The notes: generated by a model not told the origin, from the letters alone. A stretch of 64,000 nt of DNA from an uncultured delta proteobacterium (GCA_963716725.1 CAVQUB010000032.1:128001-192000), one strand, 5' to 3'; shown: positions 28,135-41,366, numbered from the stretch's first letter. Made by a program: numbers and translations.

Positions 28135-30327
28135 ATGTCGCGCTGTTCGCCCGTGCTCTGCCTGAGCCTCGCCGTCCTCGCCCTCTGTCTCGTGCCCCTG
28201 CGGGACGCCCACGCCTGCGGCATGTTCGTGCCCAGCCTGAAAACGAAGGCGCCGCCGCGCATGGAGCAGGAGCGCACGCTGATCGTCTGGGACGCATCCA
28301 CGCAGCGGCAACAATTCGTCCGCGAGGTGCGCTTCACCAACACCGGCGAGTTGCCCTTCGGGTTCATCGTCACGACGCCGACGCGCCCGGAGGTGAACGA
28401 GGTCAAGAGCGCCCCCTTCGACGCGCTCGAGGCACGGTTTCCACACACGCTGCTCGACACGCCTGACCTGCACTTAGGCGCACCCGGTGGGAAGGGCTCG
28501 GATGAAGGCCGTGGCGCTACCGCGGGCAGGATCGCACCCGTGCAGGTGCTCGAGAAGAAGCGCATCGGTGACTTCACCAGCTTCGTGCTCGCCGCGACGA
28601 ACGCCAAGGCGCTGGCCGATTGGCTCAAGAAGAACCAGTTTCGGGCCACCGAGGCCGGGGAGGCCTGGATCGATCGCTACGTGAAGCTCGGGTTCTTCTT
28701 CGTCGCCCTGCGCTACGAAGGCAAGAAGGCGAAGGCGGCCGGATCCGAGGACCTGGTCAGCCGGAGCATCCGCCTCAGTTTCGACAGCGCGCTGCCCTAC
28801 TATCCCTACCAAGAGCCGGGAGACGCGCCGCAGCAACAGGGACGCGAGCTCCAGGTGTGGCTGGTGACGCAGGGCTTGCACCAGCCCGTCGCGCCCGTCG
28901 TGAGCGGGGGCGCTGTCGCCATGCATCGGCCTTGGAGCGAGGGCGCGCGCTACGACGTGGCTTCCGCGGAGATCGCCAGCGCCTTTGGCAGCGACCTCGC
29001 CGGATTGGTCCCCACGGGTGCGCGCGTTCAGACCTTCGGAGATTGGAAGGAGCATCGTCGAGGTTTCGGCGATCTCGTGCTGGTCCCTGCGCAGCCTGAA
29101 GGCTGTGATTTGCAATGCGTGGCCGCGCGGCGCCCGCTGATGGCGCTGCTCGATCCGACTCCCTCACCGTCGTCGCTCACCGATGCCGAGTTGGTGGTTC
29201 CTCCGCCCGCGCCCCGGGCCGCGACGACTCGGTCGACGCAGGCGCAACCTCCGTCCATTGCCACGGGGTCACCCTTCGGAAACAGCCTGACTCTCGGCTG
29301 CGGCATAGCTCGCACTGGCGGCGCGCCGGGTTTCGGGCTCGTGCTCATGGTTGGCCTCGGGCTCGCGCGCAGAGCGAGGCGTCGCCAGAGCCAGTTGCTG
29401 TTCGTCGCCGGAGTGGCCGCGGCTTGTGCCGGCTGTGGCATGACCCGGCCACCGCCTCCGTCCGAGCCGCCGCCTCCATCCTCGGTGGCGACCACAGCCG
29501 AGGCGCCCACCGGAGTCGTGGCCGGTCCGGGCTTCGTCTCGCCGGGCAAGCTCGACGCGCTCACACTGCCCGAAGATGCCGCGGCGCGGAGCCGCGCCGT
29601 GATGCGCCTGCTGGCCGGGCACAACGACGACAAGCTCATCCCGGTCTGGTCGACGCCCACTGCCCGCGGCATCGGGCACGCCCGGCGGGCGCCGACGAAC
29701 GCCCTCGGTGATCCGGCCGAGATCGAGCGGCGCTGCGCCGCGGACGATCGCGTCGACGGCACCGTCAGCTATGTCGTGGACAGCGACGAGTCCGGCGCGA
29801 CCCGCGCGCGGGTCGAAGGTCCGCTGCCCGGCCCCGTGCTCGCGTGCATCGAGTCCGTCTTGGCCAGCGCCGGTCCGCGCATCGGCCGCGGCATCGACCG
29901 TGGCCACCTCTCGCTCGGCGCCATCACGCCGGAGACCATGGCCTTTCGACGCGGCATCAACCAGAGCAAGCTCGAGGTGGTCGGCGCGGGAGCGACCGCA
30001 GGCGCCGTCGTGGTGAGACGCTTGACCTCGACGAGCTCCGGCGGGCTCGTGCCGGAGCTCGTCCAGCGCGTGATGCGCCGCAGCTTTCCGAGGTTCCGTC
30101 ACTGCTACGCGCGCGATCAGCACCCCGCGAAGAAGGGCAAGGTGACCCTGCGCTTCGAAGTCGGTCCGGTCGGCGACGTCACGACCATGGCAGCCACCGC
30201 GGCGGACGTCGCGGCTTCGACGGCCCTCTGCGTCGGCGACGCCGTGCGCAGCCTGAAGTTCCCGGCGCCCGACGGCGGGCAGAGGGTGAAGGTCAACTAC
30301 ACGCTGGGCTTCGAGCAGCCGAGGTGA
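28135..30327 (+). CDS. DUF2330-like secreted protein with internal MYXO-CTERM-like segment and C-terminal AgmX/PglI-like domain
   Basis: AHACGMFV start, ALADWLKKNQF, YVKLGFFFVALR; GC...TM...RRARRR; FRHCY...GKVTLRFEV...C...FPAPDGG. Confidence 0.7.
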   Translation: MSRCSPVLCLSLAVLALCLVPLRDAHACGMFVPSLKTKAPPRMEQERTLIVWDASTQRQQFVREVRFTNTGELPFGFIVTTPTRPEVNEVKSAPFDALEARFPHTLLDTPDLHLGAPGGKGSDEGRGATAGRIAPVQVLEKKRIGDFTSFVLAATNAKALADWLKKNQFRATEAGEAWIDRYVKLGFFFVALRYEGKKAKAAGSEDLVSRSIRLSFDSALPYYPYQEPGDAPQQQGRELQVWLVTQGLHQPVAPVVSGGAVAMHRPWSEGARYDVASAEIASAFGSDLAGLVPTGARVQTFGDWKEHRRGFGDLVLVPAQPEGCDLQCVAARRPLMALLDPTPSPSSLTDAELVVPPPAPRAATTRSTQAQPPSIATGSPFGNSLTLGCGIARTGGAPGFGLVLMVGLGLARRARRRQSQLLFVAGVAAACAGCGMTRPPPPSEPPPPSSVATTAEAPTGVVAGPGFVSPGKLDALTLPEDAAARSRAVMRLLAGHNDDKLIPVWSTPTARGIGHARRAPTNALGDPAEIERRCAADDRVDGTVSYVVDSDESGATRARVEGPLPGPVLACIESVLASAGPRIGRGIDRGHLSLGAITPETMAFRRGINQSKLEVVGAGATAGAVVVRRLTSTSSGGLVPELVQRVMRRSFPRFRHCYARDQHPAKKGKVTLRFEVGPVGDVTTMAATAADVAASTALCVGDAVRSLKFPAPDGGQRVKVNYTLGFEQPR

Positions 30328-30328
30328 C

Positions 30329-31609
30329 TCAGACCGCGGCCAGGGCTTGAGTCAGATCCGCGATCAGATCTTCGGGGTGCTCCACGCCGATGCTGAGGCG
30401 CACCATGTTCTCGCCGATGCCCATGCGCGCTCGCTCGCTCGGGGGGATGTCCGAGTGGGTCATGCTCGCGGGGTGCTCCGCCAGCGACTCCGTGCCGCCC
30501 AGGCTGACGGCGAGCTTGAACAGTTGTAGCGCGTTCAAGAAGCGAAACGCTTCGGCCTCGCCACCGTGGATAGCAAAGCTGACCATGCCGCCCGGCGCGA
30601 TGCACTGGCGCTTGTAGACCGCGTGCGCCGGATCGTTCTCCGCGAGGTGACCCAGGTAGTGGACCTTCTCGACCTTGGGGTGGTCTGCCAGGAAGTCGGC
30701 GATGTAGCGCGCGTTCTTCATTTGGCTGGTCATCCGGAGCTTGAGCGTCTCGAGGCTGCGCAGGAGCAGCCACCCGGTCCAGGGTCCGCACATGGTGCCC
30801 AGGAAGGTGCGCATGGCGCGCACCTCTTGCATCAGCGCACCGTCACCCAAGCACACACCGGCGATCACGTCGCTGTGCCCGCCGATGTACTTGGTGGCGG
30901 AGTACAGCACCAGATCCGCGCCGTGCTTCAGGGGGTGCTGCCAGAGCGGTCCCAGGAAGGTATTGTCCACGGCGACCACCACGCGCCGCGCTTCAGTGGT
31001 GTGCGAGCGGGCGATCTCGGCGCAGGCGGCGATGTCCACCAGTGCGTTGGTGGGGTTGGCCGGAGTCTCGACGTAGATCATTCGCAGGCGGTCGGCGTGC
31101 CCGCTCTGAGTGAGCCGCGCCTCGATCTCCTCGGGCGCGCAGCCCGCGGGGAAGCCCACGGGGTGGATCCCGAAGCGTGTGAGCACGTGCTTGAAGAAGT
31201 AGTCCGTGCCGCCGTAGACGGGCTCGCTGTGCAAGATCACGTCGCCGGGTGACAAGAGCGCGAACAGCGCGGTGCTGATGGCTGCCATCCCGGACTCGAA
31301 GACGGCCGCGCTCTCTGCGTCGTCCCAGAGCGTCAGTCGATCCTCGAGGATCTCGAGGTCTGGGTTGTTCAGGCGGCTGTAGATCAGCCCCAGACGCTCG
31401 TTGGTACGCGGCTCGCGCAGGCCGTAGGCGAGCTCGAAGAAGCTCTTGCCCTCCTCGGCGCTCTTGAACACGAAGGTGCTGGTCTGAAAGATCGGGCACT
31501 TGAGCGAGCCCTCGCTGAGCCTCGGATCGTAGCCGTAGCTCGACATCAGGCTCTCGGGACGCAGCGCTTTGCCCTGGATGAACGCCTCGGGCTTGCGGGG
31601 GGAGGTCAT
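30329..31609 (-). CDS. Cystathionine gamma-synthase / methionine gamma-lyase family enzyme
   Basis: YSRLNNP, ETPANPT, VDNTF, SATKYIGGHSD, AVSLGGTESL. Confidence 0.92.
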   Translation of the reverse strand: MTSPRKPEAFIQGKALRPESLMSSYGYDPRLSEGSLKCPIFQTSTFVFKSAEEGKSFFELAYGLREPRTNERLGLIYSRLNNPDLEILEDRLTLWDDAESAAVFESGMAAISTALFALLSPGDVILHSEPVYGGTDYFFKHVLTRFGIHPVGFPAGCAPEEIEARLTQSGHADRLRMIYVETPANPTNALVDIAACAEIARSHTTEARRVVVAVDNTFLGPLWQHPLKHGADLVLYSATKYIGGHSDVIAGVCLGDGALMQEVRAMRTFLGTMCGPWTGWLLLRSLETLKLRMTSQMKNARYIADFLADHPKVEKVHYLGHLAENDPAHAVYKRQCIAPGGMVSFAIHGGEAEAFRFLNALQLFKLAVSLGGTESLAEHPASMTHSDIPPSERARMGIGENMVRLSIGVEHPEDLIADLTQALAAV

Positions 31610-31660
31610 GTCCGGCCCTCTGCCACGGTCCCCGCGCGGCCGCCATGACGCTGGGCAGCG

Positions 31661-32176
31661 CTACTTCTGCGTGAGCTGTCGGGTCAGCGCGGCCACGTCG
31701 GTCAGCGACCAGACCTCGGCGATCTTGCCGTTGGCGAGGCGGTACACCGCGAAGTTCGCGGCCTTCACCCGCTTGCCGGTCGGCTTGATCCCCGCGAAGG
31801 CTCCTTGGTGCGTTCCTTCGAGGGTGACGCGCGCCGCGAGCCGGTCCTTGTCGCGGATCACCTCGTCGACGCTCAGCTTCACGTCGGGGAACGCGGTGAT
31901 CAAGTTCTTCGCCAAATCTTTGAGGTAAGCGGTGCCTTCGCCGCCCTCGGCGTCGGGAGCGACGCTGTGCACCTTCACGCTCGGCGAGAAGAAGCGGTCG
32001 ATGGCCTCGGGGTCGTGCTTGTTGTAGACGGCCTCGATGTAGGCGGCGTAGTCGAAGTCCTCCGTGGGACGAGCTGCTTCGGTCTCGCCGTCGGCGACCT
32101 GCGGCAGCGGCTTGCAGCCGAACGAAACCGCCAACAGGCCGACCGAGAGGGCCGCGGTGAGACCGGCGCGCGTCAT
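31661..32176 (-). CDS. SnoaL-like ester cyclase lipoprotein
   Basis: FGC lipobox; AFPD...GTHQGAFAGIKPTGK. Confidence 0.85.
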   Translation of the reverse strand: MTRAGLTAALSVGLLAVSFGCKPLPQVADGETEAARPTEDFDYAAYIEAVYNKHDPEAIDRFFSPSVKVHSVAPDAEGGEGTAYLKDLAKNLITAFPDVKLSVDEVIRDKDRLAARVTLEGTHQGAFAGIKPTGKRVKAANFAVYRLANGKIAEVWSLTDVAALTRQLTQK

Positions 32177-32260
32177 CGTGCCGACACGCTCTCACGACTC
32201 GCGCGGGTGCGGCAACCGTTGCCCTTGCGGCCCCCCAAGCGTCGCGGTACTCGGCCAGCC

Positions 32261-34998
<2,738 letters not shown>

Positions 34999-35054
34999 GC
35001 TAGCGTCGACCGGAAAGCCCTCGAGTTACGGTGGGTTGGAGTGCTTGGTAGTAT

Positions 35055-35068
35055 TATGTAGTTACATA
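35055..35068. promoter_or_regulatory. AT-rich palindrome, putative operator
   Basis: TATGTA-GT-TACATA 15 bp upstream of ATG 35084. Confidence 0.45.
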
Positions 35069-35083
35069 TCCTACCTTGGGGCC

Positions 35084-36844
35084 ATGAACACGTTGCGACG
35101 CACCCTCGCGCCTCTGCTCCTGTCGCTCGCCGCCGCTGTCGCCGCCTGCTCGAGCGGCGAGCCCGTTGACGACGCGGTGTCGGAGGGTCGACGCGTTCCA
35201 ACGCTACCCGGGTCGCCAGGAGGCAAGGCCGACAGCTACGTGAACAGCGCTGCCGCGGAGTACGCGTTCACCGGCACGGTGCACATGCTGACGCCCACGG
35301 GCCTCGACGCGATGACGCCCGAAGAGGTCACTGCCGCCCTCGCCAAAGCCGCGGAGACGCGCCTCGGTCCGGTGGCCTCGGCCATCGTCGGCTCCCTGCG
35401 TGAGAAGGCCAAGGCCTTCAACTCGGAGATCCCGAACGAGCTCCCGCCAGAGATCGCCGAAGCCATCGCGGGCGAGGACGACGCGACCAAGCATCACATT
35501 CTGGAGAACTGGAAGACGCAACAAGAGGTGTCAGCCGCGACGCGGTCGGGCAAGAAGCATCTGGAGACGATCCGTCAGGACACCGACGGCAGCTACATGT
35601 TCGACTTCGTGGTCGAGGGGCTGCTCTCTGCGAAGCTCGCGACCAAGATCTTTGCCGAGAGCAAGATCTTCGACGTGACCGTGACCCAGTACCAGGCGCC
35701 CACCTCGGAGACCGTCGCCGTCACCGCGGCCAAGACGCCCTCGACCGACGGCTACCCCCGCTACGACGAGCTCTTCGCCGATGGCGTGTTCGATGTCGCG
35801 ATCCACGTGGGCGGCGACTACAACAAAGAAGAAGTGAAGATCTGCTGCCCCGGCCCGAACGGCGGCGAGCCGACCTGTCAAAAGCAGGAGTGCGCGAACA
35901 ACTGCGAGCCGGTCGACGACGCCTGCTCGCAGCCGGCTCCCGCGGGCTGCACCAAAGAAAAGCTCGGGGGCCGCATCGACCGCTGGACCGCCGAGCAGCT
36001 GGTGGAGAGCCTGAAATCGGAGGGTTTCGCCCACCCAGGCGCGTCGTACCTCGACCTCCAAATCGACTCGCCGCCCTTCACCAAAGCCTACGACTTCGCG
36101 GGCAAGGCCGTAGAGGTCCGCGTCAAGATCGTCTATCCGGAGATCGTGCCCTGCGGGCAGGAGGCGAAGCTCGTCGAGTCCATGAAGGAGAGCTTGGCAA
36201 CCCGCGAGCTGATCATCTACGCGGGCCACGCCGGGCCCGGCGCCGGCTACGTGCTCGACTACCAGCCGCGCACTGAGCTCGACGACAGCGTGTGGGCCTC
36301 GCTGCCCATGCCCGACCACTATCAGGTGCTCGCCATGTACGGCTGCGAGACCTACTCGACCTACGCCGACGCGATGTACGCCAACCCGGCCAAGAACGAC
36401 GCCAACCTCGATGTGGTGACCACGGTCAACACGATGTGGACGAACATGGGGTTGCCCGGGACGACGACGCTGATGTTCGGCATGCTGATGCAGGAGCAAG
36501 ACGCGCGCCGTCACGTGCCGGTGAGCTGGCTGAACCTGCTCTCGTGGTTGAACCTGCAGGAGCAGAACGCGCACACCCACTACGGGATCCACGGCGTGGA
36601 CTCGAGCCCCAAGATCAGCCCCTGGGTGACCCCGGCGGATCTCTGCGCGAGCTGCGACACCGACACGGACTGCAAGGGCGGCGGCAACTTCTGTCTGAGC
36701 TTCCCGGACGGAACGCGTGGCTGCGGCGCCGTCTGCACCGACAGCGCGGGCTGCGGCCAGAAGTACAGCTGCGTTGCCATTCCCGGGCTCGAGAGCTCGG
36801 TGATCCCCAAGATGTGCGTGCCCAACAGCGTGACCTGCCAGTAG
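35084..36844 (+). CDS. Large lipoprotein with GKAD motif and Cys-rich C-terminus
   Basis: VAAC lipobox, GGKADS, YAGHAG...YGCETY. Confidence 0.75.
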   Translation: MNTLRRTLAPLLLSLAAAVAACSSGEPVDDAVSEGRRVPTLPGSPGGKADSYVNSAAAEYAFTGTVHMLTPTGLDAMTPEEVTAALAKAAETRLGPVASAIVGSLREKAKAFNSEIPNELPPEIAEAIAGEDDATKHHILENWKTQQEVSAATRSGKKHLETIRQDTDGSYMFDFVVEGLLSAKLATKIFAESKIFDVTVTQYQAPTSETVAVTAAKTPSTDGYPRYDELFADGVFDVAIHVGGDYNKEEVKICCPGPNGGEPTCQKQECANNCEPVDDACSQPAPAGCTKEKLGGRIDRWTAEQLVESLKSEGFAHPGASYLDLQIDSPPFTKAYDFAGKAVEVRVKIVYPEIVPCGQEAKLVESMKESLATRELIIYAGHAGPGAGYVLDYQPRTELDDSVWASLPMPDHYQVLAMYGCETYSTYADAMYANPAKNDANLDVVTTVNTMWTNMGLPGTTTLMFGMLMQEQDARRHVPVSWLNLLSWLNLQEQNAHTHYGIHGVDSSPKISPWVTPADLCASCDTDTDCKGGGNFCLSFPDGTRGCGAVCTDSAGCGQKYSCVAIPGLESSVIPKMCVPNSVTCQ

Positions 36845-36859
36845 CGGCGCTGCCGGGGT

Positions 36860-38329
36860 TCAGCCTTCGAAGCGCAGCGTCAGCACCCAGGCCTCCCACT
36901 TCTTCTGAAACGCCTTCATCTCGCGCTCACTCAGGATCTTGGTGAGCGCGGCAAAGCCGCCAGGGTCGCTGGTGTGCGTCGCGGCGAAGTCGCGATAGTA
37001 GCGGCGCAAGAGATCCTTCTCTTGCAGGTAATAGAGAAGGTAGCGAGCGGCGGCGTAGTGCACGCCGCTGTCGTCGGCGTAGAACTCGGAGTCGGTGGTG
37101 GCGGTGAGCGCATCGAAGCTTGGCGCGGTCTTGCTCTGGATCGCGCGCTGCAGGCCCCGGAGCCTCCAGTTGGTGAGCCCCACGATGTGGCCGTCGCGCT
37201 CCGCGCTCTGCTCGTAGAGCGAACCGAGGCCTTCATTGAACCAAGCGGGGCAGCGCGGAAAATTCGCTTCGATGTACGGGTGCACGATCTCGTGCACCAG
37301 CGTGCCTCCGCCCGTGGCGATGTTCATCACCAGCGCGCCGTGCTGCCTGGTGTAGAACCCGTAAGGTGTGCTCGGAGCTTCGCCGGTGATCGAGCGGGCG
37401 ACCCGGCCGTAGCTCTCGGCGTCTCCGAGCAGCCAGACGTCGAGGATTCGCAGCGGTGGGCGCTCGAAGAAGTCCCGACTCAGCAGGCGCACCGCCCAGC
37501 GCACGGTGCCCTCGGCGCTGCGTTTGACGGCGGCGGAGCCGCCATTTCCCACGACCACGAAGGGCGGTTCGACGACGACCGCCATCTCCCGAGTCAGGCG
37601 CGCACGCAGCTTCATGACGTGCTGTGCGAAGTCCGCCGGACGAAAACCGGCGGTCGCCGCCGGCACTTCGACGCTCGCCGGCTCGAGCGCCAGGCGGATC
37701 ACCGTCCAGCGATCGGCCTCGTAGCGCAGCGGCCAGAGCGATAGGAATCGCGAGCGGCTCATGCGCCGGTACGCGCCGTTGTCCTCGGCCGGCTCGTGGT
37801 AGACGATCTCGTCCTTGTCCGAGTCGTAGCCGAGCACGAGCCGGAAGTGCTCCGTGGTGTCCGGGCCTTCATCGTAGCGCATGCACACGATGCAGGGCAC
37901 GCCGCGGGCGAGCTCGCCGTGCAGCGTTGCAAAGTGCTTTGCAAGCTCGTCGGCGGCGGAGGCAGCTCGAACGTGGTTCCACACCTTGCCGGGGCGGAAG
38001 CCAAGGCGGGTGAGGGCCACCTCGAGCTCGCGGGTGGTCACGCCCATGCCACGGGCCGGGTCCATGCCCGAGGCGTCGAAGACCGCGTCTTGATCCGAGC
38101 GCTTGCCCAAGGCGCCGAGCCACGCGGCGGTCACGGCCTCTCCGCAGAAGTCGGGCTTCTGGCGCACGAAGGGCACGTCGCGGATCAGCACGCTGGGCAG
38201 CGGGGCTTTGGGCGGGATTGGGACCGGCGTCCGAGCGCTTCCTGCGGCTGGGGTGCGACGATCGCAGGCCTGCGCGATCAGCGCGGCGACGGATCCGACC
38301 AGGAACTGGCGACGGTGGAGGGTCATCAC
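36860..38329 (-). CDS. Tat-exported lipoprotein with C39-like and zincin domains
   Basis: HRRQFL Tat motif; QKPDFCG...EHFRLVLGYD; VHEIVH...WFNEG. Confidence 0.75.
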   Translation of the reverse strand: MMTLHRRQFLVGSVAALIAQACDRRTPAAGSARTPVPIPPKAPLPSVLIRDVPFVRQKPDFCGEAVTAAWLGALGKRSDQDAVFDASGMDPARGMGVTTRELEVALTRLGFRPGKVWNHVRAASAADELAKHFATLHGELARGVPCIVCMRYDEGPDTTEHFRLVLGYDSDKDEIVYHEPAEDNGAYRRMSRSRFLSLWPLRYEADRWTVIRLALEPASVEVPAATAGFRPADFAQHVMKLRARLTREMAVVVEPPFVVVGNGGSAAVKRSAEGTVRWAVRLLSRDFFERPPLRILDVWLLGDAESYGRVARSITGEAPSTPYGFYTRQHGALVMNIATGGGTLVHEIVHPYIEANFPRCPAWFNEGLGSLYEQSAERDGHIVGLTNWRLRGLQRAIQSKTAPSFDALTATTDSEFYADDSGVHYAAARYLLYYLQEKDLLRRYYRDFAATHTSDPGGFAALTKILSEREMKAFQKKWEAWVLTLRFEG

Positions 38330-38503
38330 GGGTTGGACGCGAGGTCGACACTGACCTTGGCAGGCTCACCTCGGGCGGGTCAGCAGGAGTGTGACTCTCG
38401 CGGCGCTTCGGCCCACGGGTCGAGGAGGGTAGGCACTTGGAGCACACTCCTCGATTTGCCTGCGATGGGCGCGCTGGGGCTACTATCGAGGGCGAGGCCG
38501 TCG

Positions 38504-39109
38504 ATGAAGAGATTTTTCCTGTTGGTGCTCCCTTTCCTGCTCACCTTGGTGGCCGCCCCGCTCGCGTCCGCGCAGATCAAGCGCCCCGGTGCCCACCCGA
38601 AGTACAGCTTCGAGCTCGAGCCGCACCTGGTGCTCGACTGGGGCAACCACGAAGGGCCGGGCAACGACGAAGGCATCGGCCTTGGTCTCCGGGCCACCAT
38701 TCCCTTCCTCGACAACGGCCCGATCAGCAAGATCAACAACAACATGGGCATCGGCTTCGGGCTGGACTGGGCTCACAACGGCGATGCCTGTGATAGTTGG
38801 CGTCACGGCAATCGCGTGTACGACGACGAGTGCACCGTCGATGTCTTCATGGCGCCAGTGGTCGTGCAGTGGAACTTCTGGCTGACGCCGATCATCAGCG
38901 TGTTCGGCGAGGCGGGTCTTCAGATCGAGCGCACCCACTGGGAGTGGAAGGACTGTCCGTGGGGCAGCGACTGTGACGGCTCGGACACGGATCTCGAGCC
39001 GGTCTTCTGGGGCGGCGGTCGCTTTTTGTTCGGAGCCGGGAGCAGCGTGGGCGGCGTCGTACGACTGGGTTGGCCGTACGTCTCGCTGGGCGTCGGCATT
39101 CTGCTCTGA
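38504..39109 (+). CDS. Putative outer-membrane beta-barrel protein
   Basis: Signal peptide ending ASA; amphipathic beta-strands. Confidence 0.7.
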   Translation: MKRFFLLVLPFLLTLVAAPLASAQIKRPGAHPKYSFELEPHLVLDWGNHEGPGNDEGIGLGLRATIPFLDNGPISKINNNMGIGFGLDWAHNGDACDSWRHGNRVYDDECTVDVFMAPVVVQWNFWLTPIISVFGEAGLQIERTHWEWKDCPWGSDCDGSDTDLEPVFWGGGRFLFGAGSSVGGVVRLGWPYVSLGVGILL

Positions 39110-39203
39110 CCGCACCCTTGAATACATCAGCGCTGACTCGCACCTAGTGCTCCCGAGCTGACACAAGCGCGGTCATGTGTCCGTGCGGCGCTCGGGGTAT
39201 TCC

Positions 39204-41366
39204 ATGAAGAACAGGCTTTCGGGGCTGATGCTGGCCTCAGTGGTGTCGTGCGTCTTGGGCTGTTCGTCCGGTGACGGTGGGGGCGGGCTGGGCACCGGCG
39301 GCGCAGGCACCGGCGCGAGCGCGGGGGTTGGCGGAAATGCCGGCTTCGGCGCCAGCGCTGGTTCGGGTGCCGCAGCGGGCACCGGCGGGTTCGGTGGAGA
39401 AGGCGCCGGCGGAGCCGCGGGCGCTGGGGGATCGACCTTCGGCGGGGCTGCGGGCGCTGGCGGAGGCACCGGCGGCTCGGGCGGCGCGCCCGGCGGCAGC
39501 GGTGGCGTGGGCGGGGGCGGCGGCAGCGGTGGCGCGACCGCATGCGCGCACGGCGTGTGCACGGTTGGCAAGGCGCTCGCGGTCGGCTGCGATCCCTGCG
39601 TCACCAAGGTGTGCGGTGCGGACAGCTACTGCTGCCAGGCCGATTGGGACGACCTCTGCGTCAACGAAGCGTCGCAGTACTGCAATGGCATCTGCGGCAC
39701 CGGTACCGGAGGTGGCGGCGGGTTCGGTGGCACCGGCGGGTTCGGCGGCACCGGCGGCAGCGGTGGCACCGGCGGCAGCGGTGGCTCCGGCGGCGGCACC
39801 GGTTGCACCTACAACCAGTGCAAGAACGCGGCGGGTCAGTGCGTGACCCCCACGAGCAGCGAGTGTGGCAACTACGGCGCGCCCTGCGTCGACTGCACAA
39901 AGCTCGGCAGCGTGTGCGCGGGTACGACCTGCGCGGAGTGCAAGCCGAGCTGCGCCGGCAAGCAGTGCGGAGACTCGGACGGCTGTGGCGGAGTATGCAC
40001 GGCGGACTGCGGCACCGGGAAATTCTGCAGCACCAAGGGCCCGCAGAAGCCCGGCTGCTACGCCTGCAGCCCCAGCACCTGTCCCAGTGGGTGTTGCACC
40101 GCTGACGGCAAATGCGAGACCGGCACCAAGCGATCGCAGTGCGGCAACGGCGGACTGGCTTGCTCCGACTGCGGCGTGCAGGCCTGCGTCGGCAAGTACA
40201 CCGGCTACACCTACAAAGCCTCCTGCGGTCCTTGCGGGTCGACGTGCCAGCCGAGCTATCCGGGCTGGTCAGCGTCGTGTCAGGCCGACGGCTGCGGCAA
40301 CCTCTGCCCAGGAGCGGGATGTGATCCGGAGTACGGCGGAGGCACGTGCCAGGTGACCGGAGACTCGACAGCTACTTGCATGCCCGACGGGTTCTGTGAC
40401 CCCTATTCCTGCGCCAGCGGCTGCTGCGACTACTCGGGCGGGTGGATGAACTCGAAGTGCGTGCCCGGCAACCTCCCCAGCAAATGCGGTTCTGGTGCCG
40501 TCACTTGTGTCGACTGCATCTCGAAGGGCGGCAGCTGCGACACCAAGACCAACTCGTGCACCAACTGCACCCCGAAGTGCGACGCGGCCTACTCCTGCGG
40601 AGGGGCCGACGGCTGCGGGGGCAAGTGCACGGCCAAGACCGGAGGCAAGTGCCAGCAGTCTGGCGCCTCTTGCAGCGCCGATGGCGTCTGCGACTGCGGC
40701 ATGAGCGGCAAGTCCATCTGCTACAACGAGACCTCGAAGCTCTACGCCTGCATCGACGTGCTGGCGGACGCGAACAACTGCGGCGCCTGCGGCGCCGTGT
40801 GCCCGAGCGGCATGGCTTGCAAGGGCGGCGTGTGCGACTGCGGCCCAGGCTCCCTCTTCTGCAAGTCGGGCGATCCGAAGCTGCCGGGCGTGTGCACCAA
40901 TCTCGCCACCGACCCCAAGCACTGCGGCAATTGCACGACGGCGTGCCCTGGCACGGCGTGCGCCGACGGAAAATGCGGCGCCTGCGCGACGGGCACGAAC
41001 CAGTGCGGCTATCCAACTCCAGTCTGTGCCGACATGCAGAAGGACACCAAGCACTGCGGCAAGTGCTACAACGCCTGCCCGACCGGCATCGCGTGCGTCT
41101 CCGGCAAGTGCCAGTGCCCGACTGGCCAGACGTCGTGCAGCGCGAAGTGCACGGACACGACCAGCGACGCCAGCAATTGCGGGACGTGCGGCGTGAAGTG
41201 TCCGACCGGCGTCTCGTGTGCCGGCGGCAAGTGCCAGTGTCCCTCCGGCACAACCTGGTGCCAGAACAGCCAGACCTGCACCAACCTGTCGGTTGATCCC
41301 GACAACTGCGGGGTCTGCGGCACCAAGTGCTCCGGCAACTTCTGCTCGAACGGGAAATGCCTGTAG
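39204..41366 (+). CDS. Cys-rich repeat lipoprotein with Gly linkers
   Basis: VLGC lipobox; repeated DxxNCGxCGxxC and DGCGG modules. Confidence 0.85.
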   Translation: MKNRLSGLMLASVVSCVLGCSSGDGGGGLGTGGAGTGASAGVGGNAGFGASAGSGAAAGTGGFGGEGAGGAAGAGGSTFGGAAGAGGGTGGSGGAPGGSGGVGGGGGSGGATACAHGVCTVGKALAVGCDPCVTKVCGADSYCCQADWDDLCVNEASQYCNGICGTGTGGGGGFGGTGGFGGTGGSGGTGGSGGSGGGTGCTYNQCKNAAGQCVTPTSSECGNYGAPCVDCTKLGSVCAGTTCAECKPSCAGKQCGDSDGCGGVCTADCGTGKFCSTKGPQKPGCYACSPSTCPSGCCTADGKCETGTKRSQCGNGGLACSDCGVQACVGKYTGYTYKASCGPCGSTCQPSYPGWSASCQADGCGNLCPGAGCDPEYGGGTCQVTGDSTATCMPDGFCDPYSCASGCCDYSGGWMNSKCVPGNLPSKCGSGAVTCVDCISKGGSCDTKTNSCTNCTPKCDAAYSCGGADGCGGKCTAKTGGKCQQSGASCSADGVCDCGMSGKSICYNETSKLYACIDVLADANNCGACGAVCPSGMACKGGVCDCGPGSLFCKSGDPKLPGVCTNLATDPKHCGNCTTACPGTACADGKCGACATGTNQCGYPTPVCADMQKDTKHCGKCYNACPTGIACVSGKCQCPTGQTSCSAKCTDTTSDASNCGTCGVKCPTGVSCAGGKCQCPSGTTWCQNSQTCTNLSVDPDNCGVCGTKCSGNFCSNGKCL

